Positions 10,840 to 23,883 of a DNA stretch of 64,000 nt are shown here, piece by piece. The notes beneath the pieces were generated by a model that had not been told where the DNA came from, did not search any database, and saw only the letters and a program-made list of their open reading frames with translations. The stretch lies in NCBI RefSeq assembly GCF_048593235.1, contig NC_133619.1:524733644-524797643 (forward strand), given 5' to 3'. The position numbers were made by a program, and so were the translations under genes. Numbering within the stretch: position 1 is the first letter of the stretch; every line of letters begins with the position of its first letter. Source of the DNA: Sminthopsis crassicaudata (taxonomy: Eukaryota).

Positions 10840-13800
10840 TTAGTCCTCCTCAGAGCTCTCATCCGTCTTTTCATCCGGAGCCACCTTCCAGTTTTTACGC
10901 TTGCTGGTCCTCTCTTGTACCTCACTCTTCCTTTTTGTTGGGGTGATGTGAACTTTCTGATCCTTTTTCCTTTTGGTTTTCTTGGCATCTTTTTCCTCAC
11001 TTTCCTCAGAACTACTAGATGCTGAATCATCTGGATGAGAAGAATCACTTTCCGATTCTGAGAAAGAAGCAGGTTTCTTGGGAGCCTTTTTCCTTGACTT
11101 TTTCTTTCGCTTATGTGATTGTTTCCCTTTCCTAGCACTGGAAACCTGAGTTTCTTCTGAGCATTCACTTGAGGAATCTGCAGCTCTATCTGTGGCTTCT
11201 TTTTTGCTTTTCTTTTGTTTTTTGTGTGACCGTTTTTTTTGTTTTTTTTTGTGGGATTTTTTTGACTTTTTACGTTTATGAGATTCATGAGTAGATGACT
11301 TTTCCTGGGGAGGTGTGTTTCTTCCATTAATAGCATCTTGCTGATCACTATGAATAGAAGAAAAAAAAAAAAGATAAATGTGACAGAAACAGCATTTTAC
11401 TTAAGCGTTAATATTTTGCATTTGGACATGAGAAATAGCATTGGTTAAAAGCCTAAGTAAGGAATTGAACCTAAGGCTTGGGGTTCATTTCCAATTTGCC
11501 AAAGGGGTTACTAAGTGACAAAGTGATTTATTTCCCCTTTGGGTTTTTAGTTTTCTTACCTCTAAAATAAGGGTAAAAATAACTACCCTATTTCACTGGA
11601 ATTACAAGGAATAAGTCAAAATAATTGCAGAGCCATTTGGAAACACCAAAAAGCAGTAGCCAGTAACACACTGCCTTCCCCTACTGAAGTAGTCACAAGT
11701 GTCTCTGATCATGTGGACAAAGGCAAATGATTTCACATATCCTTTATTCAAAAAACAAAAAAAACACAGCTTAGCAACTCAAAATAGATGGACTTTTCTT
11801 TTTTTTCTTAGTAAACCAACAGAACTCACCTATCTGTGTCAAATTCCTCGGGATACAGTTCTTTATATCCACTGTGACCCCATCTGTAAAATGACAGAGA
11901 AATACCCTAGATGTTCAGAAATTAAATATTAGAAAAACACTAGGACTGAAAGGAAAAAAAAAAAAGAAAATGTGAGAGTGCCAATTCATGGAATCACAGA
12001 CTACAGAGATTGGAGGATTTAAGAGATATATAGTCCAACATCTATTTTACAAATGAAAATATAAAAAGCCTAGAATTGGTGAAGAACTTACTCAAAATCT
12101 TATAGCAAGGTAGTGGTAAAGTTGAGACTTAAAACTTAAGTCTCCTAATTCTCAATCTAGTGAGCTTTTCCACTGAGACAAAGATTTACAGATAGTGGGC
12201 TCTTTTGTTCATATGAAAATTTACCAATCCTTGAATCATTGAGGAACATTAAATCACTCTTTGATATCAGTCAATGGTCTTTGATAGCACCAACTCAGGG
12301 ACATAACCCTGAAATTACTATTCATCGAGTTGCTAAAACACAAAGATGTTTTCTAAAATAGAACTCTGTATGATGAAGTAAAAGTAAGATTAGAATCAAA
12401 AGACCTACATTTGGGCCTCACCTCTTGCACTTAACAAGTATGACTTCTAACTAGTCATATCATCTTTATGGCCTGAAATTTCCTTCTCTCAAATGTAACA
12501 ATGACCTAGCTGACATACAGATCTGACACCTACACTGGTACAATGAAATTTTAAGAGCAAAATCGCTAAAACAGTAATTTTGGTCACAAACCTGTCTGGC
12601 ATGTTGGCCTCATAACTATATAGCTTTCTATTCCAGGATCGAGTCCTAAGTAAATCATCTTCAAATGTCCCAGGAATGTCTTGCTTTGTCCTCCAGTAGA
12701 CTCGATGGCTTTCTTCATCAAAACCATCACTTCGCATTCGGCTAGGACAAAAAGCAGACTCACATTTAGCTTTAGAAATAATCTGTACATGATTCAGACC
12801 AGTCCCACTGGTCAGCAATGAAAATTGACATCTACACCCAGGGAGAAAACTGTGGAAACTGAGTGTAGACTACAACATAGCATTTTCACTCTTTATGTTG
12901 TTGTTTGTTTGCATTTTTGTTTTCCTTCTCAGGTTTTTTCTTTCTAGATCTGATTTTTCTTTCTTTTTTTTTTTTTTTTAATTCCTTTTTCCAAATTATC
13001 CCCTCCCTCCCTCCACTCCCTCCCCCCGATGGCAGGTAATCCCATACATTTTACATGTGTTTCAATATAACCTAGATACAATATATGTGTGTAAATACCT
13101 TTTTCTTGTTGCACATTAATTATTAGCTTCCGAAGGTATAAGTAACCTGGGTAGATAGACAGTAGTGCTAACAATTTACATTCGCTTCCCAGTGTTCCTT
13201 CTCTGGGTATAGTTATTTCTGTCCATCATTGATCAACTGGAAGTGAGTTGCTCTTCTTTATGTTGAAGATTTCCACTTCCATCAGAATACATCCTCATAC
13301 AGTATTGTTGTTGAAGTGTATAGTGTAGATCTGATTTTTCTTGTGCAGCAAGATAATTATGTGGATATGTTTACATATATTAGATTTATCATATATTTTA
13401 ACATGTATTGGAATACCTGCCATCTAGAGGAGGGGGTGTGGGGAAGGAGGGGAAAATTTGGAACAGGTTTTGCAAAAGTCAGTGTTGAAAAATTACCCAT
13501 GCATATGTTTTATAAATAAAAATCTATAATAAAAAAATATTAAAAAATAATAATCTATACAGCTTCTCTAGAACATGATACAAGATTTACAAAACAAGCA
13601 AAGAGAAGTCTTCATTTGTTGAGAATCATCTCTATGAAAGGCTGCATCTCTTTTTATCTCTTTGGGTTGTTCTTCAACTATATAGTAGAAATAATATATT
13701 ATTTGTTCTACTCTATGCTAGTGCATAATAAAACCCATAAACAAGCAATTAGATCACTTCTAGACTACTGCCAATTTCACCTAATCTTCCCTAGAATCAA

Positions 13801-16800
13801 TCAGAATACAGACCTCTTTCACTAGTGATCCATATCAACATAGTGTCTACACATAAAAAAAGCATACTATTTTATAATGTTACTAGGAACGCCATTTTAA
13901 ATTGAGCAATTGAATTTAAAAAAAATTTAAAGAAAAAAGTAGTAGACTGCGAAATTAAAATAAAATCCCTTTTAATGCATAAACAAATCAAAGAAATTAT
14001 GTTTGTTATATTTTTTAAAGCCTGCTAGTATGGATTTCCTGCACATATTTTTAATTAAGTGGACAACTGGTAATCTGTGAGATCAATGACTATTCCTATA
14101 TAGCCAAACACTTAAGGACTGATGAGCCCTTGTACTCGTACAACTCTACACAATCATACTTAAATAGCTGAGTAGGGATGAGATTATGTATTCAAGAATA
14201 GATGAAGCAGATGAGAAATGGGGCAAGATCCATAACAGACAATTACAAGATGTTAAGAAAGAACCAACTAAAGATACAAAGGTAAAAATGAAGGCTGCAG
14301 AACCCTAAGACTCTGCCCATTTTTATGGAGGAATTTTCAACTTTTGGTAACATACATGAATGCAGGTGAATGAAATCAGTTAAATCAATGCATTCTTTGA
14401 ATTTAAAATATATAAAATGTTCAATGACTAAAAAGAATCGATTATGGAATTATGCCTACTAGCCTGAAGAAACTAAGTTGTTTTTAAACACAAGTGGGTG
14501 TTTCTGAAAACCTTCTTTAGCATTATTTTAGTTCTTGAAGCTGTAAATCCACCTCGAGCTCCTGGGCAATATTCTCCTTTGTGACCTCCCATAAGCATCT
14601 TCCATTTGTTTCTCCAGTTCTCTTATCTTCCACATGTCTGTCTCCTCCTGAATCTGAAAATGATCCAAAAAAGAAGCAAATAAAAACGACACTATAAGTG
14701 TTATAATAAGGGAACAGACATATTATAAAAGATCTCTTATGAAGACAAATTTGCCAAAAAAACACCACAACTACAGTGTATTACATCATCACGTACAGTC
14801 TTGATTTATTTTCAGTGCATCTGATCAACTACAAAGACCATAGGTCTGATGAAACCCTTCAACCTTGAAGGAGAAGTGTATTGCCTGAGACACAGAGGTG
14901 AGATGACTGCCAAGATCACACAGCTAACAAGCTTTAGAGATAGTGTCAGACATAAGATTTGAACACAAGGAGATAAGTCCTGCACTTTATCCCTATGCTA
15001 TATTGCTTCTAGAAAATAAAAATGGCTACTGGAGGCAGTCTCCCCCCTCCCCCCCCAAAAAAAAACTACAAAGGGGGGGAGGGAGAATGAATATGATGAT
15101 GAATATGATCACTGAATGGGTGCAACCTCAATCAAACTGAGACCTGTTAAAGACCTTAGCTTAAAAAAAAAAAAAAACAAGGTCTACCACTGCTTTCAGG
15201 ACCATCTCTAGCCAAACCAATTTGTATCTGGCCACTGGACCCAGAGGGCTCTGGGAAGCAAGTGACCTTGACCAGCCCTCCCTCACTTAAATCCATGTCA
15301 TGGCATCCCCTCCCTGATATCATGGTCCTTTCTGAGAATGAAGGACAAACAACAACAACAAAGAAAAAAAAGGATGATACTGTCAAATTCTGCAATGTGG
15401 AAAAAACAAAAGAAAATCTGCAATGAATGACTTTAATTTTCTTAGTACCCTTAATTTTCTAAGCAAGAGGTAAGATCCTCTCTCCATACGGAAAGCAGGA
15501 GTGTTGTAGGAAGCTTCAAAGATGACATGAAATAGAGAGTTAATCAGGAAGGAATAAAAGTATCTTGGCTCAAGATGAAGAGCCTCCCAGAAATTATCAG
15601 TCTCACAATGTTCAGCAGAAGATGAGGAAAAGCATATGGCCTGACAAAATGGGAACAGCAATCAGACAAAAAAAACAAAAGATTGAAGGGGAGAGGATAG
15701 TGCATAGTTAACTACAGATCAAGAAGTGACAGAAGAGTGGTGGACTAAGAAATCAGGAAGGAATGAAAGAACTGGAAATTATGGTAACTTCTTATAACAG
15801 GTTTAGAAGGAATGAAGCAGGAATAGAAATGGAAGACTGTTAGACTGGAGTGAAAATTTAGAGTGGAGGATCACAAACATCATATATTTATAGATGAATG
15901 ATGACAAGAGCTTAACCATTTCAAAGTGAAATAAATATACAGGTCATAAGAAGAGAGGAAACCAATAAAGTATAAAGCCATGATGTTTAAGTATGAGGTC
16001 AGAGGTTAAGGTAGAGAACTAGACTGTGAGTCAAATAATGAACTTATAGTGAATGAAGTATATTATCAAAGTAATGAATGATGGCATATTTAAAGCTGAA
16101 AGGGACTTTAAATTAAATCCAACTTCCTCATTTTACAGATTAGTAAGCTGGACCCCAGAGACAAAGTTAATTATCCAAGGTCACATAACTAGGCATGATG
16201 GAGTGACCACCTAAAAAATGGGAGAGAATAACTGGAAACTAACAGATAACTGCAATGAAGATCTAAAACATCTTCAGAGGTCCTGATGCTTTAAAGTAGG
16301 AAGAAATATTAATCAGGACTCTATTAGAGTTCATCAAATCATAACTTTGGGCTGGCATGAACTTCAAGAGGCTACTGAGCCCCACCCCATCGTTTTACAA
16401 ATGAAGAGACTAAGGAACAAAAGTGAAGTGATTGCCCAGAGTAAGATGGAAAATGTAACAATAAGGATTTGAATTCACATTTTACAACTACAATCCAGTA
16501 TTCCTTCTAGTGTACAATGCAGCTATCTCTCAGTACATCCTGTGATGTGCCCAGAGGGAATAACCCTTAAAGGAAGAGAACCCACCAAAAGACAATGACA
16601 GAAAGACAAAGGGGTCACAAAGAACAAAGAGTGTGCCCATCTTTCTCCTGGCCTGGTGTATGAAGGGGCAAAGGAGAAGGAGCAGCAGACCATGAGAGAG
16701 TTACCAGGAATGTATTATCTTCCAGAAGCCTAAGCTTCTCTGAATGCAAGACAGGAAGGAAGTAAAAAGAGAAGTCTGGAATGAAGGGAAGTTGGCTAAT

Positions 16801-17766
16801 AATTTTATGGAAGAGAAGACAAAGGAGGAAAGGAACTGGGGAAGGACCAGGCTGAGCTAGATAGTGATGAGACTGAAATGAGTGGTAGAAAACAACTTGG
16901 CAGAAATTACAGCTATTAGGGAGATACCCTAGACAGAGGGTGGGGGAACACAAATGAAGAGTTGCTCCTTTCCACTATGGTCCTTTGATCATGGAAGACA
17001 ACCTAGGCTTTACTCTCTCAAAAAGTCACAGAAGCAAAGGTCTAATCCACTAAGGAGACTAGGTTGATAAATACCTGGTGATGGGGTCCAAAGGGGCCTG
17101 ACTATACTCAACAAACAGCATCAGTTACTTTGCCTTATCCTGACATGTCAGAAATTGATGCAAATCCAGAAAATACCCAAATATAGGGCATGCACATGAT
17201 TCCTGGTTAGGCTGGGTGTCTAATGCTCTGGTTCAGAATATGATCCTAATGGCTAAGACTTGGAGTTCAGACAGATCTGAGGGCTATAAAGAGGGGCTGA
17301 GAAGATAGTGCTCTCTATCCACATCTAGTGATGGAGAAGGGAGAAAGAAAGCTCTGGTATCTGAGAAAGCATGCTCCTGCCTTCACCAATGGTGGGCTCC
17401 TGATAATGAAAGCTTTGGTAAGGGAAAAGGGAGGAAGAAATACTTAAAAACGTGTTTGAGTAACATGGTTAAAGCAGTTTCCCCCTAAGGGGACCAAGGT
17501 TGGCATGAGGCCAGATTTACACCTACTCTCAGGTTCCTGGCTAGTCACAGTCATGTTCCCCTGCTGTTGCTTATCGAACTTCTTTAACAGCCTTCTAAAT
17601 TATAAAACAATATATCACAAATCTAAGAATTCCACACTTAACCAAAACACAAAGATTAAAGAAAGCCCTCCCAGACACAGCAATACTGTCCTCCTACCTT
17701 ATTGTGAGCATCCGTGTGCCGAATAACATTTCTCAGAAGGACTTTCCCCAGAGGGATTCGAGACAT
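10840..17766 (-). CDS. NKAPD1: NKAP domain-containing protein 1 (C11orf57), 5 coding exons, 293 aa
   Basis: Exons 17766-17698, 14653-14553, 12741-12592, 11883-11830, 11347-10840 (882 nt). [44 protein letters not shown].../[11 protein letters not shown]...[26 protein letters not shown]/Lys-Ser-rich tail ending SSEED*. Confidence 0.96.
12820..13545 (+). mobile_element. Older L1 3'UTR fragment, host of the element above
   Basis: CATCTACACCCAG...AGATCTGATTTTTCTTGTGCAGC...G-rich tract...AAATTACCCATGCATATG and an A tail. Confidence 0.75.
12962..13325 (-). mobile_element. Young L1 3'UTR fragment
   Basis: L1 3'UTR plus tail; 17-bp TSD TAGATCTGATTTTTCTT (12945-12961 and 13326-13342). Confidence 0.9.
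15700..16960. mobile_element. Ancient LINE-2-like remnants
   Basis: Purine-rich degenerate tract resembling antisense L2, flanked by MIR-like cores. Pattern recognition only. Confidence 0.35.
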
Positions 17767-18051
17767 TATTCAACCTGAAATATACAGAAACACCATTATA
17801 AGAATAATATCTCCTATAATAAATTACACATGTATGTTTTTCAAATGTTACATCCATCATTTCATTGTAGTTTCACAATTACTCTTTACAGGGCAAGTAA
17901 TTTTTCCTTTCTGGGCTTCAGTTTCGTCATCTACAAGATACAGGAGCTGGATTAGATGCAAGTTAAGATCACAGAATTTAGAATTCAGAGGAAACTTTTA
18001 TGTCTAATCCAACCCTTTCATTTTACAGATGAAGATAATGACTTAATTTTT

Positions 18052-18100
18052 AAATTAAATAATTAATTAAATTAAATTAAATTAAATTTTAAAATTAAAT
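18052..18100 (+). repeat. (TTAAA)n-like AT pentamer repeat
   Basis: AAATTAAATAATTAATTAAATTAAATTAAATTAAATTTTAAAATTAAAT. Confidence 0.75.
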
Positions 18101-18539
18101 TTTTTTAGCTCTGACAAACTCTCAATCCATGAAAAATGGGGCATATTCGAAACCCTATTTGACAACTGGATGCTAGAGTTTTAATTACTTGCCCAAAGTA
18201 TATAAATCAATGCCAAAGCCATGACCAGAATCCCACCCTGCTTCCTTGCTATCGGCCCTATAGGGCAAATGCTCTGACGGTCAAAAGCAACTGCAACACC
18301 AGACATCCCTTAAGCAAATCAGCCGGGGTCCACGATTCTCCTCCAGGTTATTATTGTCCTATTATGTCCACAGAGACCAAGACACTAAGGGTCTAATTCA
18401 AAGTTAACAAGGAGAGTAAGGCCTGGAGGCTACGATTCCACAACTGTACACCGCCCCTCTCTTCCTCCAACTCCCCGAGAAATCACCCACCTATTTGGGG
18501 GAGGCGCAGAATCACGGTCTTACAAACTTTCCTAGGGCA

Positions 18540-19900
18540 CGTGAAATCAGGTGCCTGAGGTCCGAAGCGGCAGCAAGGCGAGCTCCGCATCAGGAATTCC
18601 GGGCCTGGTTCAAATCCCGCTATTTACGACCTACCCCATCCGCACTTAAAACTTCAATAACTTCCCTTCACCAGCCCTCAGTTTATGTGTCTGCACAATG
18701 GGGACAGGGTCAGGAGGCTTCGGGAGCGCCTAGGGTAGGCTCTCCACAGAGTAGCCGGGACTCTGGCCCGACTCTCCAGACGAGGGTGGGTGTCCTAAGG
18801 CTCCTCGCCCCTCCTTCAGCGACCTTGGGGGCGGAGGGAAAGGATCACCGCCCACCCACGGGGTCCCTCCCCCACCGAAGCTCCGACCCTTCCTTTCCCC
18901 CAGATTCCGCCTAATTCCGTAGGATGCTTTGAGATCCCTCCGTAGAAAAGCGGCTGGGACTCGGCGACTCAGTGACCGAGATTCGGGCTCCGCAGCCCAG
19001 TGCCCACACTCATCCCCATACCGTGAGCTCCGGAGTCCCGGGGCAGGCAGGGGAGGGAAGAGTCTGGGACCACCTTCCAGTGCTGGCCGGAAGTAGGAAG
19101 TACTTCCCGAGTGTACTGAAAAATTCTTCCCCTTCGGAAGTCCTGTACTCTTCCCCACCTCCACTCTTCCCACGAGATTTCGCGGGACTCTCCCTGGGCT
19201 AAGAGCGAGGAAGTATCTCCCGAGGAGCATCAATATGACAGCGGCTGACCCAGAGAAACAGTGCCGGAGCGGGCCGGAGAGCCTCCCGAGCTAGTGTGGG
19301 CCGAAGTTGGACTCGGAACCGGGCGCGAGGAGCGCAGAGATGCTGAGACGTTCCCCGGGCACAATTAGGCGTCGTACCGCGGCTGGTTGCCGTGGTAACC
19401 ACGGCAGCCGGGGCGCGAGCTGTAGGATCATCGAATCCGTCTGATCTAGCTGACTGTCTAGTCCCTCGAAAGTTGGTCGCGGCCGTGAGTGGGTCAGGAG
19501 CTCTAAAATCCCCTTCTTTTCCTCTTTCCCAGGAAGCCTTGAGGAGAAAATAGAGGGAGTAATAAGGGAGAGGAGGGCTGGGGAGGCAAGGCAGAAAAGA
19601 CAGTTCTGATGCTACTGGGGCGGGCGCAGATATGCTGGGGAGCAAGTGTCCCCCCGACCTGAGGCTTCGTGGGTGGGGAGCCCCGGGACTAGGAGAGGTC
19701 CCACAGAGGGGACTCAGAAGGGTTAGGGAGGTGCGGGAGTGCGTGGGGAAAGGTCAAAGGGCATTACCGAGAATGTCGGCCCCGCCAGGCGGCTGGCCGC
19801 ACTCGCTCCCCAGACGGAAAGAAGATGGCTGCTGGACTTCCTTGGAATCAGATGACAGCCACAGATGGGACTCGAGTGGGAAAGACAGGCACTGTAGGAA
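18540..19900. promoter_or_regulatory. CpG island and bidirectional NKAPD1/PIH1D2 promoter with non-coding first exons
   Basis: CpG-rich island between two divergent genes. ETS CCGGAAGT 19087-19094, RFX X-box GTTGCCGTGGTAAC 19386-19399, likely PIH1D2 exon 1 donor CC|GTGAGT at 19484/19485. Confidence 0.8.
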
Positions 19901-20154
19901 GCGGAAAGGGAACGGAGAAGGGGGATCTCAATGAACGTTTTTATAAATGCACTTTTTTTTTTTTAACCTCCGTAGCAAGGAAATAAAATATTACAGTTTA
20001 AGGCCCCCAGCGAGTGGTGTATATATATAGTATGCCGCTTTTCCAATGGAAAGGGTACCATTTTAAAACCTTGCATGTGCCCTACAAACGCCTTAGTATC
20101 TCCCAGTTAACCTTTCTTCAGGGAAGATGTCTGTCCACATACTTGCTCCAGGTC

Positions 20155-23100
20155 ATGGAATCATCACCCAAAGGTTTGCTTACCCAAGTGACTCAACTCT
20201 GGAATCTCCTCGATGACCTGGCTGAAAGTGACCCCAAGCGTTATGAAAAGTTCATTCAGCAGCAGCTGGAAGAAGGGGAGAAATACTGTGCTGTCCCAGA
20301 ACCACAAATCTGTCTTCAGACCAAGATCTTGGTTAGTAGAAAGGGAGCCTGAGGATGGGAAGATTTCAAATTAAATGATTCTGTGTCTCAGCGCCTTTAT
20401 TTCTACCACAAGGCGGTGTTTCAAGGGAACTATAGCTCCAGAATAAGAAACTGAATGTCAGTGCCAAAAATGGTACTATCAGGAATTTCCCAGCTAATTG
20501 AATAGGAAAAGGCCGGTGAATCAAACAAAAAAAGAAAAGAAAAAGCAGGTGCAGTCATGGGATTTTCTCCATGTGGGTTCCTTTTATCCAAGTCAAACTC
20601 CATTAGATAGCTAGGAAATAAATTAAGGAGAATCGTAAGTAGGCTTTTTTTGTACACAAGGGAAAAAAAGAGATACCTTATTATCATTTGGAATAGTATG
20701 TTGAATCACAGAATTCCAGAATACTAGAGTTGGAAGGAAGATTAAAAAGTCATCTAATTTTTGCCTGAAGTATATACAAGTACTTGTTCAATATTCAGTC
20801 TGTTTGAACATTTCCACAAGTCTAATAAAAGTCAACCATATCCCTAACATCCCCATCTTACAGATAAGGAAATTAAAGCTCAGAGGGAGTACATAGCTTT
20901 CCCACATACAGCTTAGAAGATTCAGAGACAGGGTTTGAACCCAATCTTTTTTTTATTTTTAATAATAGCTTTTTATTTTCAAAATATACGCAAAGATAGT
21001 TTTCAACATTCACCCTAGCAAGGCCTTGTGTTCCAAAATTTTTCTTCCTCCCCTTCATCTGTCTCCTCTAGACAGCAAGCAATCCAATATAGGTTTAACA
21101 TGGGCAATTTTTCTAAACAATTCTTCATTTATCATGCTGTACAAGAAAAATCATTTTTAAAAGGGGGGGAAAAAAGGAAAAAAGCCTGCAAGTAAAAAAA
21201 AAAAACGGTGAAAATACTATGTTGTGGTTCACATTCTGGCCCCACAATCCTCTTGCTAGGTGCAGATGGCTGTCTCCATCAGATTTATTGGAATTGATTG
21301 GCCTGAATTATCTCACTGTTGAAAAGAGCCACATCCATCACAGTTCATTCTTACATAATTTTATTGTTGCTACAGTATTCTCTTTGGTTCTACTCATTTC
21401 ATTTAGCATCAGATCATGTAAGTCTCTCCAGGTCTTTCTGAAATCATCCTGCTGATTGTTGAACGCAGTCTTAATGAATTCAAGTCCACTCCTAACTTGC
21501 ACAAAAGCTAGGATTCTCTTGCAGCATGCCAATTTTGATGCATTATCCACTGAAGTGCTTCTATGCCCTTTTTATATTCATAAGCATCCAGTGACTCAAC
21601 CTTCCTCTAGCTATTTTTCTTGTATACATCCTGAAGTTCTAGTGTTTTTCTGCACACAGATTACAGAAATTAAAAGAAAAAGGATCCTCCTCTAAAGAAC
21701 AGAATAATGCTTTTTTTCTTTTTTAATAATGCTTTCTTCTAAAATTTTCTCTTACCCAGTTTAGTAGAGTGAATATTTTGACCTACTTTAAAGATCCTTC
21801 ACTCCATATTTTTAGTACTTCTTGCCTCGAGAGAAGAGAATTTTCCTTAGTTGATCACATTCAAGCTACTAGACCAATTCAATTTGTTTTTTCTTTCTCA
21901 TGAATTACAAAGGCACATTATGTAAATCAATTATTCAGAATCAGCACAAGACAACGTGAGAAACACTTAGAAGGTGTTTGATAGAGAAGGAACACTGGGA
22001 ATTGAGTGTAAACTGTTTGCACTATTGTCATTCTACCCAGGTTACTTTTACCTTCGGAATCCAATTCTTAGTGTGCAACAAGAAATTTGGTTTTACACAC
22101 ATATATTGTATCTAGGATATATGGTAACACATTTAACATGTATGGGATTATCATCTAGGGGAGGGAGTAGAGGGAGGGAGGGGAAAATTTGCAAAAGTGA
22201 ATATAAGGGATAATGTAAAAAAAAAAAAATTACCCATGCATATGTACTGTCAAAAAAATTTTAATTATAAAATTAATCAAAAAAAATTTTAAAAAGGTGT
22301 TTGATAAAATGCTAGTGGCCCAGAGCTGCTTCAGTGATGTTCAGAATGAGTTATTAAAAAAAAAAAAAAAAAAGTTTTCTTTTCTAGAAACCAGAAGAAA
22401 AAGTACTATTCATCAATTTATGTCAGTGGACAAGAATCCCAGCACCCCAGTCAAAGGCAGAACCTGTATCTTTGAGTGTTGGCCATCCAGAAGATGTATC
22501 TGAGACATCAGGTACATAGAACATCAAAACTAGGCTTTATTATTTTTCTCAGCAACCACCTACCACCCAATAAATTTTAACAGCAAAAGTATATTTAAGG
22601 TAAAATTTTTATATTTCTAATAAACATATTGGAGAGTTAATCTTCAGCATTAACTGAATATATGTAAGTACTTGGGCAGATACTCATAAACATAAAGTTC
22701 TAATAGGAACTATTTTTGTACAGTAGGACTATAATAGAAATTAGACTTTTGGAGTGCCTTAGCCTAATCCAGGCTTTTGGGTTAACATTATTAAAAGTAC
22801 CATTACTTTGATATTAACAGTATTATTACAGAAAAAAAGTTTGTTAATGCAACACTGTTTGAACTGTCTAGAATCATACACAGTCATTGATGTTGCCTAC
22901 AACCCTGATGTTCTCAAGATAGCAAAAGAGGATGAAATGGAAATGGATCAACTGATTCACCTGACAATGAAATGCATTGAGGATAAATACCAATTTACTC
23001 TTTCCCACTCCTATCGTATTACGAAAACCAAGAATAAAGGAAGTCTCCAAAAGATGAAAAAGAATTTGATGGGGATCCAAACTGACCCAACAGATTTAAG

Positions 23101-23883
23101 TGAGAAAATGAAGAAAGGTAAGGAATTTTTAGTTAAAACTAATGTATGCAAATAGACAAGTGAAAATCAGAACCATCTAATTTCTAAAACATTATTATAA
23201 TGTAACCCAGTAATGTCTAACTCAAGTACACAAGCTGCAGGCCGGGCTGCTCCAACCAGATTAAATTGTAATTGGGAAATGTTGAACAAAGCAAATAAAA
23301 ATATAACAATGTTGATACACAGCCTGTATTCAAACTATTTATAGGGCTTTATTTATAGTGCTTTATTTATCCCTTTTTTGCATCAAGAATTAAAGCTTGA
23401 GCAGTTAAGAAACTGTAGAGTGAATGACCAAGATGACATTCCACAACTCTTACTGCCAAAGGACCATATTCCAAGCAAACAAGGGTGTCTAATTGAGGAA
23501 ATTTCCAGTAGTGAGATTCAAGCTGAGCTGAAAACTCCAAATTACAAGCTGACAGTTGTGAAGGATCAGAATGGGAGATCACTGAGAATTGAGATGAAAG
23601 TCGAACTTCCTGGTCTTAATTCTGTCTGTGACTGTGATCTCAGTGTTTCAAAGGTAAGATAAAGATTAACCATATGAAACCAGAAATAGATTTTATTTCT
23701 AGATTGCAAAAACAAATTTGTCCAATTGATGTGATTCTTTCATAGGATGACTTAGTGATTGAAGTCTCTGAAAAGTACCGATTACAGGTAGATCTTCCAG
23801 AATCAGTTGACACTGAGACGACTATAGCAAAATTTATCACAGAGAAAGCTACATTAATCATCACCATGCCAGTACTGCAGTAA
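20155..23883 (+). CDS. PIH1D2: PIH1 domain-containing protein 2, 5 coding exons, 316 aa
   Basis: Exons 20155-20331, 22388-22511, 22872-23117, 23388-23653, 23746-23883 (951 nt). MESSPKGLLTQVTQLWNLLDDLAESDP.../KPEEKVLFINLCQWTRIPAPQS.../YTVIDVAYNPDVL.../IEEISSSEIQ...VELPGLNSV/DDLVIEVSEKYRL...LIITMPVLQ*. Confidence 0.97.
20950..21455 (-). mobile_element. Older L1 3' end fragment in PIH1D2 intron
   Basis: Reverse-complement L1 3'UTR and ORF2 C-terminus (track ORF ...WRDLHDLMLNEMSRTK). Confidence 0.75.
21984..22293 (+). mobile_element. L1 3'UTR fragment in PIH1D2 intron
   Basis: L1 3'UTR with tail; TSD AAGGTGTTTGATA (21971-21983 and 22294-22306). Confidence 0.88.

Noticed and set aside
10803-11348. 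181-aa basic ORF overlapping the last NKAPD1 exon in another frame
   Set aside because: It starts at a GTG inside the splice acceptor, and no upstream NKAPD1 exon ends in the phase needed to enter it. A-rich Lys codons explain the lack of stops.
18495-19934. Cluster of 76-167 aa ORFs on both strands
   Set aside because: These are CpG-island ORFs with no recognisable protein features, as expected from stop-codon scarcity.
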